Assembly (NCBI GenBank): GCA_013239625.1
Contig: MU054187.1
Span: 6,893,757-6,957,756, forward strand
Length of the DNA: 64,000 nt
Reading direction: 5' to 3'
DNA from: Lama guanicoe
Taxonomy: Eukaryota
Shown in pieces: positions 24,181 through 36,055 of this stretch. A program made the position numbers and the translations under genes. Under the pieces are notes generated by a model. The model did no database searches. It saw nothing but the letters and a program-made list of their open reading frames with translations, and was not told the DNA's origin. The first letter of the stretch is position 1. Each line of letters begins with the position of its first letter.

Positions 24181-26719
24181 AAAGGCTCTTTTTGTTTGAT
24201 GCTCGCTGGGTACCTGCTATCAGAAGCCTGGGAAAGTCCAACCCTGGGAGAATGACTTGCGTGATGCCCTCTTGTGAATAGGTGATGTGTTCTACGTGCA
24301 GTTAATGTGATTTCTGGCACATGGGTCCACATTTGTGTCTTACGTGGTCACTAAAATGTGGGCCCTCTCTGCAGCTGCCTGAAAAGCATTCCCTGTACAA
24401 CATTTGTCACTGTCATCGCTGCCCCACGGGTCACAGTCCCCCTCTCTTGTCATGAGGTTAGATGTAATATGCAGGCAGATTATTCTCTGTAATTCTGCAA
24501 TGTAGAAGGCCATTGCTTGATAAAACCCCTGTGTGTGGTGCATAAATTTAGCTGGAAACAGCACTAATGTGGTGACACTATGTGTCAGCAGCGCTGCGGC
24601 TTCCCTGGGCTGTCGTGGGCTTTCAGAAGCCATTTTCAACCCCAGAGAGTGCCAGACAGCTGACATTCAAACACTTCTTTGTAACGAAGCCCTCTGGTAA
24701 ACTGAAAACTGCCCAGTTTATGGAATTCTCTCTTGATCTTATAGCTTCTCATATTCCAATTACCTAGAAAATTGCTTTGAGAAAAGTCAGACAGTGTATC
24801 TTTGGAGTGGTCCATTTTTTTTTTCGTTCTACTGCTGAGCTGGGCATACAATCCTAATTATCTTTGACTCTGTTCTAGTCAATACATGCATCACATAGCA
24901 AGTGTATAGGGCTCTGAAAACAAACTTTGGAACATTCATCTTTAATGCCCAGATATGTATATTTTAGTATCATATTTCTGAAGATTTTAGCGTTTATCAA
25001 ACTATGTGGCTCTACCCTAAGATTTATTTTTCCTATCACAGCCTTATATGGTCAATTGTAGTCAGTTGTAAGTTACTTCAGGTCAGCAACTCTGACCTGT
25101 ATGGCTTTTGATAATCTCATTAATGTTGCTGACTCTGTCTTTGGATGGAAAACCCTAGTATGTACATAATGCATAATTAAACTTTCTCATCAGATCCAGC
25201 ATTTCACGAGAAGTCATCAAAAGAAACCGTGGAGCAAAATTAGCCCATCTTCTAAAAATATCTAAAATAGTAATAATAATTGATGTTGCAGTACAAATAA
25301 TGCAAACCAGCTTAATTAATTAATTTTACTTGAGTTCATGTGGAGGTCTTCATGCTTTTCTCCATTCTTTGCTAACCCAAGTATCAGATTTTTATTTTGA
25401 GAGCATGATGAGATACTGATATTGCAGTATAGAAGAGCTAGCTACATGGAAGTTTAGGGTGCCTGGTGAAATTTTATTCTTACTGTTCTTTTGAACATTT
25501 GTGAAAAGCTTAAAAATTGATACTAAAAACCTAACTAATACTTTTAGATGCCACTCATAAGAACAGACATATTTCTCAGCATCAAACAGGAAACACAGAG
25601 TATTCTCTCTGAAAGTTTTTTCAAAGTGTTTACAGGCTGTTTTAGTTCTAGGTAAGAATGACGCAGAATCAAAGCCTTACACTATAAATCTCAGTGGCGA
25701 TGTTTTTGCTGGGTTGGAATGCAGCATGAGTAAGATTCACCGAGACCTAAACTTTCAACAGAACAGCTCATGACAGCAAGATAGGGTCACAAAGGAGCTT
25801 TGTTATTGCAATCAACTCTTTGCTTGTTTGTTCTTACTATTATCTTTAAGCCCAAGACTTGTGGCAGACCCAGACAGTGGGGATTTTAAAAAGAGAGCTT
25901 TGCATGGGACAGATCCAGGGAGAGAACGGAGAATAGCCTGGTTTTGTCGTCTGTGGTAAAGTAGCAGGGGATGCCTCAGAGCTGAGGCAGAAAAATAAAC
26001 CCCAGCTCTGACCTGGTGGTATTAGGAGGTGTTCAGGGTAGTGTGAGCTAAGAATTTCAGTTACACTTTATCCAGGTGATAATGTAATGCTTTCCTAATG
26101 TATTTTCCATGCAGTAAGCAATTACCAAGGGTTGTATTTTAATCCTTTCATGATACAAAGGGTTCCGTTGGACCAGTGGTGTGGTAGCACTAGAAAGGAT
26201 TTAGGATCTTTCTCCTTTAAAAAAAAAAAAAGAATTCAGTTATGTTTTAGAGATCAACTACCACAGTCCCTCTCTTTCTCAGAAGTTGATTTCCTCTCCC
26301 ACACCTCTCCCAGGGCTGTGCTAGGAAGGATGCTGAAATATGGCGGTTCTCCAGCCTCCTGACCCCCGCACTTAGGGGACGGCTGCGAGGGCCCGCGGGG
26401 AGCCGGACGCCACTAGCCTGGCCGCCATGGTTAGAGGCGGGAGTCCTCTGCTGGCACAGCCCAGCTGAGCAATTCATAAAAAGGTGTGGCTAATAGTAGA
26501 GGCAGTAACTGGTGGTTAAACTATAGAGAAAAGCCGGCCCCGCAGCCAGCCTCAGAAGAGACGGCAGGATCGTAGTGTTTTGATGTAAGAGGTGTTGGGT
26601 GAAAGTTTGTTCTGCAAGCGAATGAACAGATAGACTTTTGGAGTGGAAGTGGATCCTGGATTCAGGTGATTCCACAATTTGCCTTTGGAATTCCCACAGC
26701 ACCTTCTCTCACGTGGCCT

Positions 26720-26915
26720 TCACCCAGGGCGGTACAGCATCCTTCCACTCACGTGGGGCGTTTGTTTGGACTGTGTGGGGACATTTTGGTTGTCACAGTG
26801 ATGGGAGTGGGTAGTGGATGAGGTGCTCCTGGCACTTAGGTTCCCAGAGGGCAGAGCTGACCCTTCAGTGAACAGGAAGTCCTGCACAGTGAGGAATTCT
26901 TGCCTAGAACAGTAA
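26720..26915 (+). mobile_element. MER20-family hAT-Charlie element
   Basis: ggacattttggttgtcacagtgatggg...gctcctggcacttag...gtcctgcacagtgaggaatt. Confidence 0.6.
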
Positions 26916-27698
26916 ATGGCATCCCACTGAGATGCAGCTCTCCGTCTGGGTTCTCTGATGGGAAGGGAGGACGCAGAAGCCATCGCTTTCTTGAGGAATC
27001 AAGCATCTTGGTGGACATATAACATTCAGAAAAAGACTTCCTTGTATTTAGCCTACTGTTTCTCACATAAAGCTGGCTTTCAGTGAATCGTCTGCTTCCT
27101 TGTATATTTCTGCAGTTTGCTAAGAAGACATGAAAACTTACTGGTCCCACCCCTGCACCTGGGGTTTTCATGTCTTGTAACACGACTGCACAGACTTCTG
27201 ACTGTGGTTCTGAGGTCAGTTCTGGGTCCATTAGGACCCTCTGTGGGAAGGAAAGAGTTAACAGTGGTCTTCACTCCCTTCCTCCTTCTTAAGGACACCC
27301 TGGGCCACTGCTGACTTCCATCAGACATCCTGCAGACATTCCAAGGAGAGTTAGTAACAGAAAGATTATCTAAAAAGCTCATATCTAAGAATATCTTTCA
27401 TATTCTTTTTGTGTCTTGATTACCTGTTGTGAATAAATAAACCTGGAGTTCATGTGGCGCAGGTGGCAGGAGAGTGGAAGTTAGTCATATGAGTTTTTTA
27501 TTTGGATGAGGACTGAAATATAAAAACTAAGAAGCCCTAAACCTTTTTTTTTTTGGAGATCATTTGTGCTATACACATACTTAGCACTCATTTGTCACTC
27601 TGAAACCAAATTGCACCCAGTCTGGGAAGAAGCCTTTTTTGAGGCTGTGGTGGTTCAGGGTTCTCCATCACTGCAGGTGCGCCTGCTGTCACTCGTGC

Positions 27699-28210
27699 TG
27701 TCAGAGAGGCACGAGCCCCACTCAGCTGAAGTGGTAAGGACAGATTTTAATTAGTAATATGCTGCTGTAGTAGGGAAAGGAGTCCAGGGGGGCTGAGCTC
27801 AACTTGGATTTGTACAGAGGTGATGTGCATCTTAAAGGGAAGAGGGGGAGGGGGTGTGGCAGGGGCTTTTAGAGCTGGGGAAGTGGAAGATTACAAAGAG
27901 GGGGAGAGGGTCCATGGGAAGGGTTTGTGAACTGGTGCTTATGATTCGGATTCAGCTACCCACCCACGGACACTGGGAGATGGGGACCTTCCTTTCAGGT
28001 GTCGGCTGGAACAAACTAATCTCCTGGCAGCCTTGAGTTTTCTTGGGCAGGCACTTTAAGGAGGGTTAGGGTCCTCTTTGGCGTGTGGCCTTTAGCTGTT
28101 AGGAACTGTGTTAGTGTTTGCTCCAGTCTTCAGAGGCCAAGGGTGGCAGTCCCACTCAAGAAGCAGGCTCCGAGGAGCCTGGCTAGAGTCTTCAAAGAGA
28201 ACCTGTGTCG
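27699..28210 (-). mobile_element. MER67-like ERV1 solo LTR
   Basis: Bounded by tgtca and tgtcg with near-identical 4-bp flanks (gtgc, gtgt). Internal ggctggaacaaac, ggcagccttgagttttc, ggcaggcactttaagg and gaggagcctggctagagt match the recalled MER67 consensus in reverse. Confidence 0.75.
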
Positions 28211-28345
28211 GTGTCTTTCACTAGTCATTGTGAGGTTGGGTGCTGTCGTGATCCGTGGTTCCTGGGATCGGCTGTGATAACACATCAGTGGGATTCTGCG
28301 CTGTGGTAACACTCAGTTGGACCTGAGACCTGAATGCTCTGAGGC

Positions 28346-28357
28346 TGTGTGTGTGTG

Positions 28358-28388
<31 letters not shown>
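28346..28388. repeat. Interrupted (TG)n microsatellite
   Basis: Seen directly. Confidence 0.95.
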
Positions 28389-30540
28389 TTGGCAGGGAGT
28401 CTGGTTACTTTATGTATTTCTTGAGTGTAACTTTCTTTTCAGGCGTTTGGTGTATTATTTCATGTTCCATCTTGATTCAAAAAAAGTGAAAGAGAGTATG
28501 TAATTCTGAGATTTTTTTCTGCCGTTTTTCTCAAGTTGTAAGACTGTTACTTTCATAGTCACAGACATTTCAGTTTCCTTTTTTATTGTATAAATCCTGC
28601 CTTTTCCAGTTTGAAGTCCAGTTTTGATGAAAAATAGAGTTAATCTAAGTGCTGTAAAAGTAGCCAAATATTATTTATGTTAAAGGAGTAGGAGAACCAT
28701 TTATAATTTTTATTTAAAGTATTATTTAGTATAGTTTAGTGACTCACAATGTACAATTTTTATAGTATTATAGTTTTTCTAATGTAATGCTATTATCAGA
28801 AAACTATTTCTATGAATATTACCATGATGTGAGCCTTTTAATTATTTTAGTGTTGAAGTGGAGAACACATATTGAACAATATTCACTCTTCTGAATTTGA
28901 AGGTTACCATTCATTTTCTTCTTGGAAATTCCCGTGACTTTTTAGATATTAAGGAAAAATAACTATTTGAGGCTCTAACGTAGCTGTGGAGAGAATCAGG
29001 GTGTCTTTTTCTTGGGTTTAAAGAAGACACGATCTGTTGGAAATGTAGGAAAAAAAATTCAGATTTGAGAGCATGGTGGGTTACTAGTATAGGTCTGTAA
29101 TGTCAGTTCTGGTTTTTATTTCTTAAATTAGTAATTAAAGAGAAGTATTTTTGAGTGGTGACAAGGTTCCACATTGCTAGGCAATGTCAGTGGACTTAAG
29201 AAAAACTAGAAATGAAGCAATTATTGAACTTCTAATTACCTCAGGCTCAATCCTAGCGAGCAGTTATAAAAATGACAGATGATGCACTATAAAGGATGTA
29301 TATGCTTCATATTAATTTTGTATTTACTGGCATATTCAGTTTTGTCTGTTAAAATCACTTTTCTGTATTAGGTCGGCAAATTTCCCAAGTTATTTGTTCA
29401 TCAATTTCTTTCAGACAGTGTTCAATAGAGTGCTGTGAAAGGTTAAAATGAAAAGGCCAGAAATTTATAATTACTAGCAGCCATGCTTAAATTAATGAGA
29501 ATAGTAATTTTCAATGTTTTTTCCATTAGGAATAGTTTCAATTTGTTCAAGTTGGTCGTCAGAATAAAATAATTATTTTGACTCTCTTTTTAGAATTCAG
29601 GTAATATTTCTGTGCTTTAGAATTCAATGAATGCTTCTGTGCAATGGTGAATAAAATGTTAATTTTCTCATTACTTTTCTGAATTTTCCTACTACTCCTT
29701 ACTTTTACCACAAAAGATTCTATTCAATTGATCTTTGAACTGTTTATTTTTTCTTTTGATCTGTATAATTTAATTATTTGCTAATAATAGTTAAATTGTA
29801 TTGATCACTGAATTTCAATTTTAATAATGATGTATAAAATGCCCTTTTCAGAAAATGTCCAAAAACAAACTACTTTTGAAATCAAGGATACATATTCTTG
29901 AATTTCAATATAAATTTAAGAAACAAGTGTGTTTCAGCTAAGTTTTTAATGAAACTTTCAACAGTTATTGAATAGAATATTGTATAAACAAGATACCCGT
30001 TTTTAGGGTATTTTCTGAATCTGTGTCATAATTTCTGATTTCTAATTGAGCAGAAGGAGAGTTGTATGTTTGAGCATCTGGTCTACTCCAAAGTTAAACT
30101 TAGACCTGGGTGGGTTTGTGGCAATGTGTATGCGTGTGAGTGGTCAGGTGTTACTGGTGACCACTAATGTCTGTCTCTCACCCTGGTGACCCTTTTGGGC
30201 TTCCCAGTGTTGCAAACTCTCCCTCTGTGGGCTGCGGGCTGTGGGTGGTGACTGACCTCTCATTGGAAAGGAAGATGAATCATTATCGCTTACGTGATGT
30301 AGCTCGTGTGGTATAAAACTTTATCATCTTCCCTGGAACTGTTTAATAAAGAGTCATCTTTAAAGTTACGATGAAACGTATTATATAGAGCTATTTTTCC
30401 AATTAGAAATCCAAAACAAAGAGATTAACTTTTTTTGTTGTTTTAAAGGAAGGATTAAGGTAAATTAACATGGATTTAGGATATGGCTTTGAATAAAGTT
30501 CACTTTATTTATTTTTAGAATCCTCCTTTAATTATCTGTA

Positions 30541-33236
30541 GACTTCTGCTTCTAGCAGATGAAGTAACTGGCACTGAATTTACTCTTTTGACATAAACAA
30601 CTGTAATGCTGGACGGAATAGATGAGGTAGTGATTCTCAGGCGTTGGACACCAGACTGTTCAGGACTATGACCTTGAGAAAAGGGAGACTCTAAACCGTG
30701 CTTTCTGAATGTGAAGCAGGGATGGAGCCACCCAGAGAGCAGAGCTGTTGCTGACAGGAGGAGGCAGGAATTGGAGGTCACGACAGAAGTTTGTGGAGCA
30801 GAGGACAGAGAGAGGGGACTGCACAGTGGGGGGTAAGGAGTCGATAAAGTTATGTCTCAAGACGTTGGTTGTGGGCTGGGCCACAAGTTACAAAGAATAG
30901 CGTCAGAAATTATAAATATCTGGATAAATAATTTTTATTCTTTAAAAAGCAATAAAAATAATGGCATGGTATTATGGGTGTTATATCACTAATAGATGTA
31001 AAACCTATGAAAAAGAGATGGGACAAATAAATGGAATTATATTGCTGTAAGATTTTTTTATTTTATAAGAAGTATTACAATGTTAATTTCTAAGTAGACT
31101 GCGAAAAGTAAAGGATCATGTAATGATCCCTACCTAAAACAGAAAAGGTCGCTCAAAGAAGTATAGCTTTGAAGCCAGCAGAGAAAATAAAATTTAAAAT
31201 AATAATGATAATGACCCTAGGAGAAGCAAGAGAGGAGGAGCAATGATATAAAAATCATAGCTGATAAATGAGCAAACATTCCATGATGCTATTGATAGGA
31301 AATCCTAACCAAATCAATAATTGCATCAAATATAAATTAATTAAACACTCCCATTAAAATATGTGAGTTGCCAGACTGGATTAAAAAAAATCAAAATTAC
31401 AATGTATGCAATTAAAAATCTGAGATGGAGATAGATGTGCTATGCTGACAACAAGCATCAAAAAGCCAGTGGGCTTTATGAACCCTAAGCAAAATGGAAA
31501 TCAGAAAAAGAGTATGGCCACTTACAAAGGGGAACATTTTTAAAATAAAGATAAAAGGGTCAATTAAAAGATGCTAATGTGTATTCAACTATTAAGAGAA
31601 TTTCAAAATATATTAAGTAAAACCAACAGAACTATAGGGGAAAATAAATAGATAAACTCACAGTTGACAATTTCAGCATCTCTCAGAAATCAACAGGAAA
31701 ATCAACAGGAAAATCAGCAAGGATGTGAAAGATTTAAACCACACTTTAAGCCAAACTGACAAAACTGATATTTGTAAAACAGTGCACTTGAAAACTGCAG
31801 AATAATAGATACAACATAAACCAAATCAAAAATCTTAATGTTTTTTAAACAAATAGACCAGCTGATTCTAAAATGTAAATGGAATGTAAAGCACCCAGGT
31901 ATCCAAAGCAATCATGCTGAAGAGCAAGGTTGAAGGACTTCTGCCTGGTTTTAAGATTTACTGTAAACCCTCCAACAATCAAGACGGCATGGCGTGGCGT
32001 AAAGGTACACACGTAGAGTAAAGGAACATAAGGAGGTCTGAATAGACCTACATGTATTTGGTCTATTAATTTTTGACAAAGGCTCCAAGACAATTCAAAG
32101 GAGTAAAGAAAATCTTTTCAGTGGGTGGTGCTAGAACACTGGATAGACATATGGAAAAAAATGAATTTTGTCCCCTATTTAATTTCATCCACAAAAATTA
32201 ACTTGAGATGGACCTTAGATATAAACATAGTTCAGACACAGAAGCTGAACTAACTTTCTAGAAGAAAACACAAAAGAATAGCATTGCAACCTTGGAACAC
32301 ACAAAGGCATTGTACAAAAGCAATACCCTTAAAGGAAAAAGAAATGAGGAACTACTTCATCAAATGAAAACCTTCTGTTCATCCAAAGACCAGCGTAACA
32401 AATGAAAAGATAAGACACACACCATAGATAATATTTGCACTGCACCCTCCTGACAAGAGACTTGGGTTTAGAATATTTTTAAGAAAACCAATACAAACCA
32501 ATGATGAAAAGACTAAAAGTCCAATTTAAAAATGGACACAGGAGTTGAAGAGACATCCACACGAGGACTATACAAATGACAGTCAGCATATGAAAAATAT
32601 TCTCAGTTATTATTCATCAGGAAAATGCAAGTTGAAATCACAAGGAAGTCCTGTTCCTTGCCCACTAAAGGAGTGACAACACGAATGGCCGTGAGCGTGT
32701 GGAGCGAGCACAGTCCTTGTGCATGTTTGGCACAAAGCAAAATGGGAAAACCGGCAGCTTCTCAGAAATGTGAACACAGGTTTACTCCACTCCAGAATCC
32801 CTCTCCTAGGTATTTCATAAGAAAGTGATAGTCAAAACAAAGAAGACTTGTACACAAGGTTTATAGTAGCTTTATTCATAATACCCCCAAACTGCAAACG
32901 ACCCAAATATCCCAAAGCTTCTGAATGGACTACTGAGGCACTCGAGCACATGAGTGAATGTCAAAAATGTTATAATGAGAGAAAGGGGATCCTCTAGAAG
33001 AAAACGTGTAGTTCTTACTGTGTATTTATTTTGAGTTGGAGAACCTTTATTATGATAGAAGTCATTATGGATGAAGGAGGAGGAAGAAGAGTGGATTGGA
33101 AGGTGGCAAGTGGAAAGTTTCTGGAATGGCAGAAATTTCTGTATCTCCATTGGGTTGTTGGCTAAAGGGTGTATACATTTGTCAAAACTTATTGAATTGT
33201 GTAAATAAGATCTTTGCATTTCATTGGGTGTAAGTA
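30541..33236 (+). mobile_element. Ancient LINE-1 (L1M4/L1MD/L1ME-like) with large internal deletions
   Basis: 5'-UTR-like head gacttctgcttctagc at 30541, endonuclease-region remnants at about 31310-31800, late ORF2 at about 31850-32900, and a 3' UTR ending ggtgtatacatttgtcaaaacttattgaattgt. Confidence 0.75.
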
Positions 33237-33249
33237 TTTCTTAATACTT

Positions 33250-33365
33250 AAAAAATTTTTTTTCTTATTTTATTTATTTATTTTTTCAATGGAGGTGCTG
33301 GGAATTGAATTGAGGACCTCATGCATGCTAAGCCCGTGCTCTACCACAGGCTAGACCCACCCCGC
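33250..33365 (-). mobile_element. tRNA-Ala-derived SINE (camelid Vic-1 type)
   Basis: Reverse complement reads ...GGTAGAGCACGGGCTTAGCATGCATGAGGTCCTCAATTCAATTCCCAGCACCTCCA plus an A-rich tail. Flanked by tttcttaatactt at 33237-33249 and 33370-33382. Confidence 0.88.
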
Positions 33366-35959
33366 AATGTTTCTTAATACTTTAAGGGTCTGAATTCTTT
33401 GGTGTTTCTCATTTAATAAAAATTATTTTTACGGGTTGCAGTTACCTGCTAATTAGCTTTCCTAGTGCCTCGCTTTGATGACTGCAGACATCGTACTGAC
33501 AGTAGCCTTAAGTCAGTTCTCCATTTTGTCCTTTCATTAGAAGGCAAGTTAGTGCACAGACCATTTCTTCCTTCTTGTTAACCATAATGTCCATTCTCTG
33601 TAACGGCCAATTGATTGCTAATAAATTTCTCACGGACTCCTGAAAAACACGTAATTAGGCCGTTTTCCTTGTAAGGTCTGACTTTCCTCTTCTTCTGTTC
33701 TGAGGATTTCTGGCATTAGGGAACACACACGCAGAACCCCCCATAGGGTTCCAGATACCTTGTTTACTAGGCAGGTGGTTTGAAAGAATATTCATTGGAC
33801 ACAGACCTGCTTAAGGAAGATGCCTAGGGTGCCCTAATGGCTCTGCAGATGGTAAGGAAGGAAGAGCTGCTGATGGAGCGCGAGCCGGAGCTGCTGAAAC
33901 CACGCCGAATAGAAGCTGCACTCATTAAACCCCTAAAGCCAATGACCTGGAGTGCTTTTGTTCCCTGAACTTTCAAATAAACTGACGATATTTATGCTTC
34001 CACTTGCAAGCTTAGTTAAAGACGGAAAGGGGATTGATTTCAAGCCCTGACTGGTAACAGTCTACATTTTCGGCGATGTGGACATTCTATTTTTAAAAAA
34101 ATTTGTATTTTATGTACTTTGGAAATAAATATGACAGGCTCATGAAACTCTCTGAATCCTTTGGTGATACATTTATCTATTTTTTTAAATCATGTGTAGA
34201 TTCAAGAGACATCATGCAAAAAATGACACAGAAGGAGTATGAATTATGAAGACAATACGTGTAAATTAAAGTTTGAGAATACTATTCGGATACATGGAAA
34301 AACTGAAATGCCCCCCTGCCTGCCCACGAGCAAGTCCTTCTTCCACTTTTCCTTTCTTAGACCTTGAGACCACACAGTCCACGGGGCCTCCCTCCTCTGT
34401 TTCTGGCTCTGTTTTAGACGGGAAGGGTCGTCCCTGCGAGGGTAGAAGAGGGAATCTCAGCTGGGCTGGGGGTGAAGCAACACGGCGTCAGTGCTGATGG
34501 CTCAGAAAACTGTCCGTGGGACTCTGGGACGTTGTCTGTTTTTGGCTTACTGTAGCCCCCATGAGTAGGATTTAGGGGAAGATGGTGGTGGCAGCGATGG
34601 CCACTCAGTCTTTTTCTACTTTCTTTGGCGCTGCCCTTGCTGTTCTGGTTAGGATGGCAGACTGTGAGGTGCTTGGTGTCACAGCCCCTTTAAGACCCAG
34701 CAGGAGCAAGCACAGTGGGCAGAATTTCAGCAAGAGGAAAGGGTAAAACATGAATGTGGTGTGCCTAGATGCACAAGTAAACCTGAAACTGGAGAATCCC
34801 CCATATGTAATTATTTACACAGAAGCCAGTAAGAATCCTAGGGAAGTTTGGTACAAATGGCTTCTTGGCACCTGAGTTCAGTGGTTTAGACATGTATCTG
34901 TGGGCACGCTGGTGGAGAAACTGACCTTTGAATTTTCAGATTCTTTTTCATGAAAAGTAGCCACGCAGTCAATTAAAGTGTTAGTCCAGGAATGCCCTAG
35001 AATGACTGTAATTTCCACTATGTGCCTATTTCTGGAAAATAAAGAGAGATTGACCTCGGACCCTTCAGTAGTCATCATAAAACTTCTCCTTTAATCTTTC
35101 CCCTAATTCGTCCCAGACTTCACAAATGCTAAAGCCCCTGAAATAGAGACATTTACTGGATAAGAAAAAATCACTGTAAAACTGAGAATGTGTGCTTCCT
35201 AAGCCGTTGATCTGAGGTTGCCAACTACAGAGCCTTGGCCAGATAATGCTTCTGCTGAGTTGTGTATTTTATGATACGGAGACAAGTTGAAAGAATACAC
35301 AAATGTGTGCTGTGCTCACCTACAAAGGCAGCACTTGCATCTTTTTGGAAACGCTGGCTTTGGTGTATCTCATTATTAGGAGCTATGAATTCTTTTAAGG
35401 TGTCCCTGGAATGAGAATTAGAGTTAAGAGGCTGCAACTAAAACCAGCCAGGGCTGAAGCAGATTGTGGTGGGCATTTTTTCAGGGATTCCATCCTGGTC
35501 TCTCCTCTCCTGTCCCTGGCTGGGCTTGGCAGTAGGATTTGGGATCCCCTCAGGGTGGCTTTTAGAGCTCTCCTTGTGGCACCACTGTTATTGGCCCCCT
35601 TCCCCTTGTGAGGCCACCTCCTGAGTTGTGGACGAAGCTTGACACCCAAGGGCCTTCAGATCCCATCCCTGTTCAGCCCCCTTTCCTCTGGAGTTGACAG
35701 ACGAAGGTAACAGACAGTCCTACAGAAATATCTGGACTGGGAAGCCCGAAAGCAACTGAAGTTTTTCTTCCCTTAGGATTTTACGTGATTTATCAACTCA
35801 ATTTTCCATACTTCTATACTGAGAAAAAAAAGAAAGGCTAAATTAGACACAACTTTTCTCCTAGAAAATGGAATCTGTATTATCCATGTGGGCATATTTA
35901 TTTATATGCACATTCTGTCATTTACTGGACTTGTGGTAGCTTACATATTTTTTTAAGTG

Positions 35960-36055
35960 TAATATAAGATACTTATTTATATCTGCATCCCAAATGTCTG
36001 GCCAAGTGCTTGGTATCTTGTAGATGCTCAATAAATGTTTATTCAATCAAACTGA
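35960..36055 (+). mobile_element. LINE-2 3' end
   Basis: tctgcatcccaaatgtctggccaagtgcttggtatcttgtagatgctcaataaatgtttattcaat. Confidence 0.7.
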
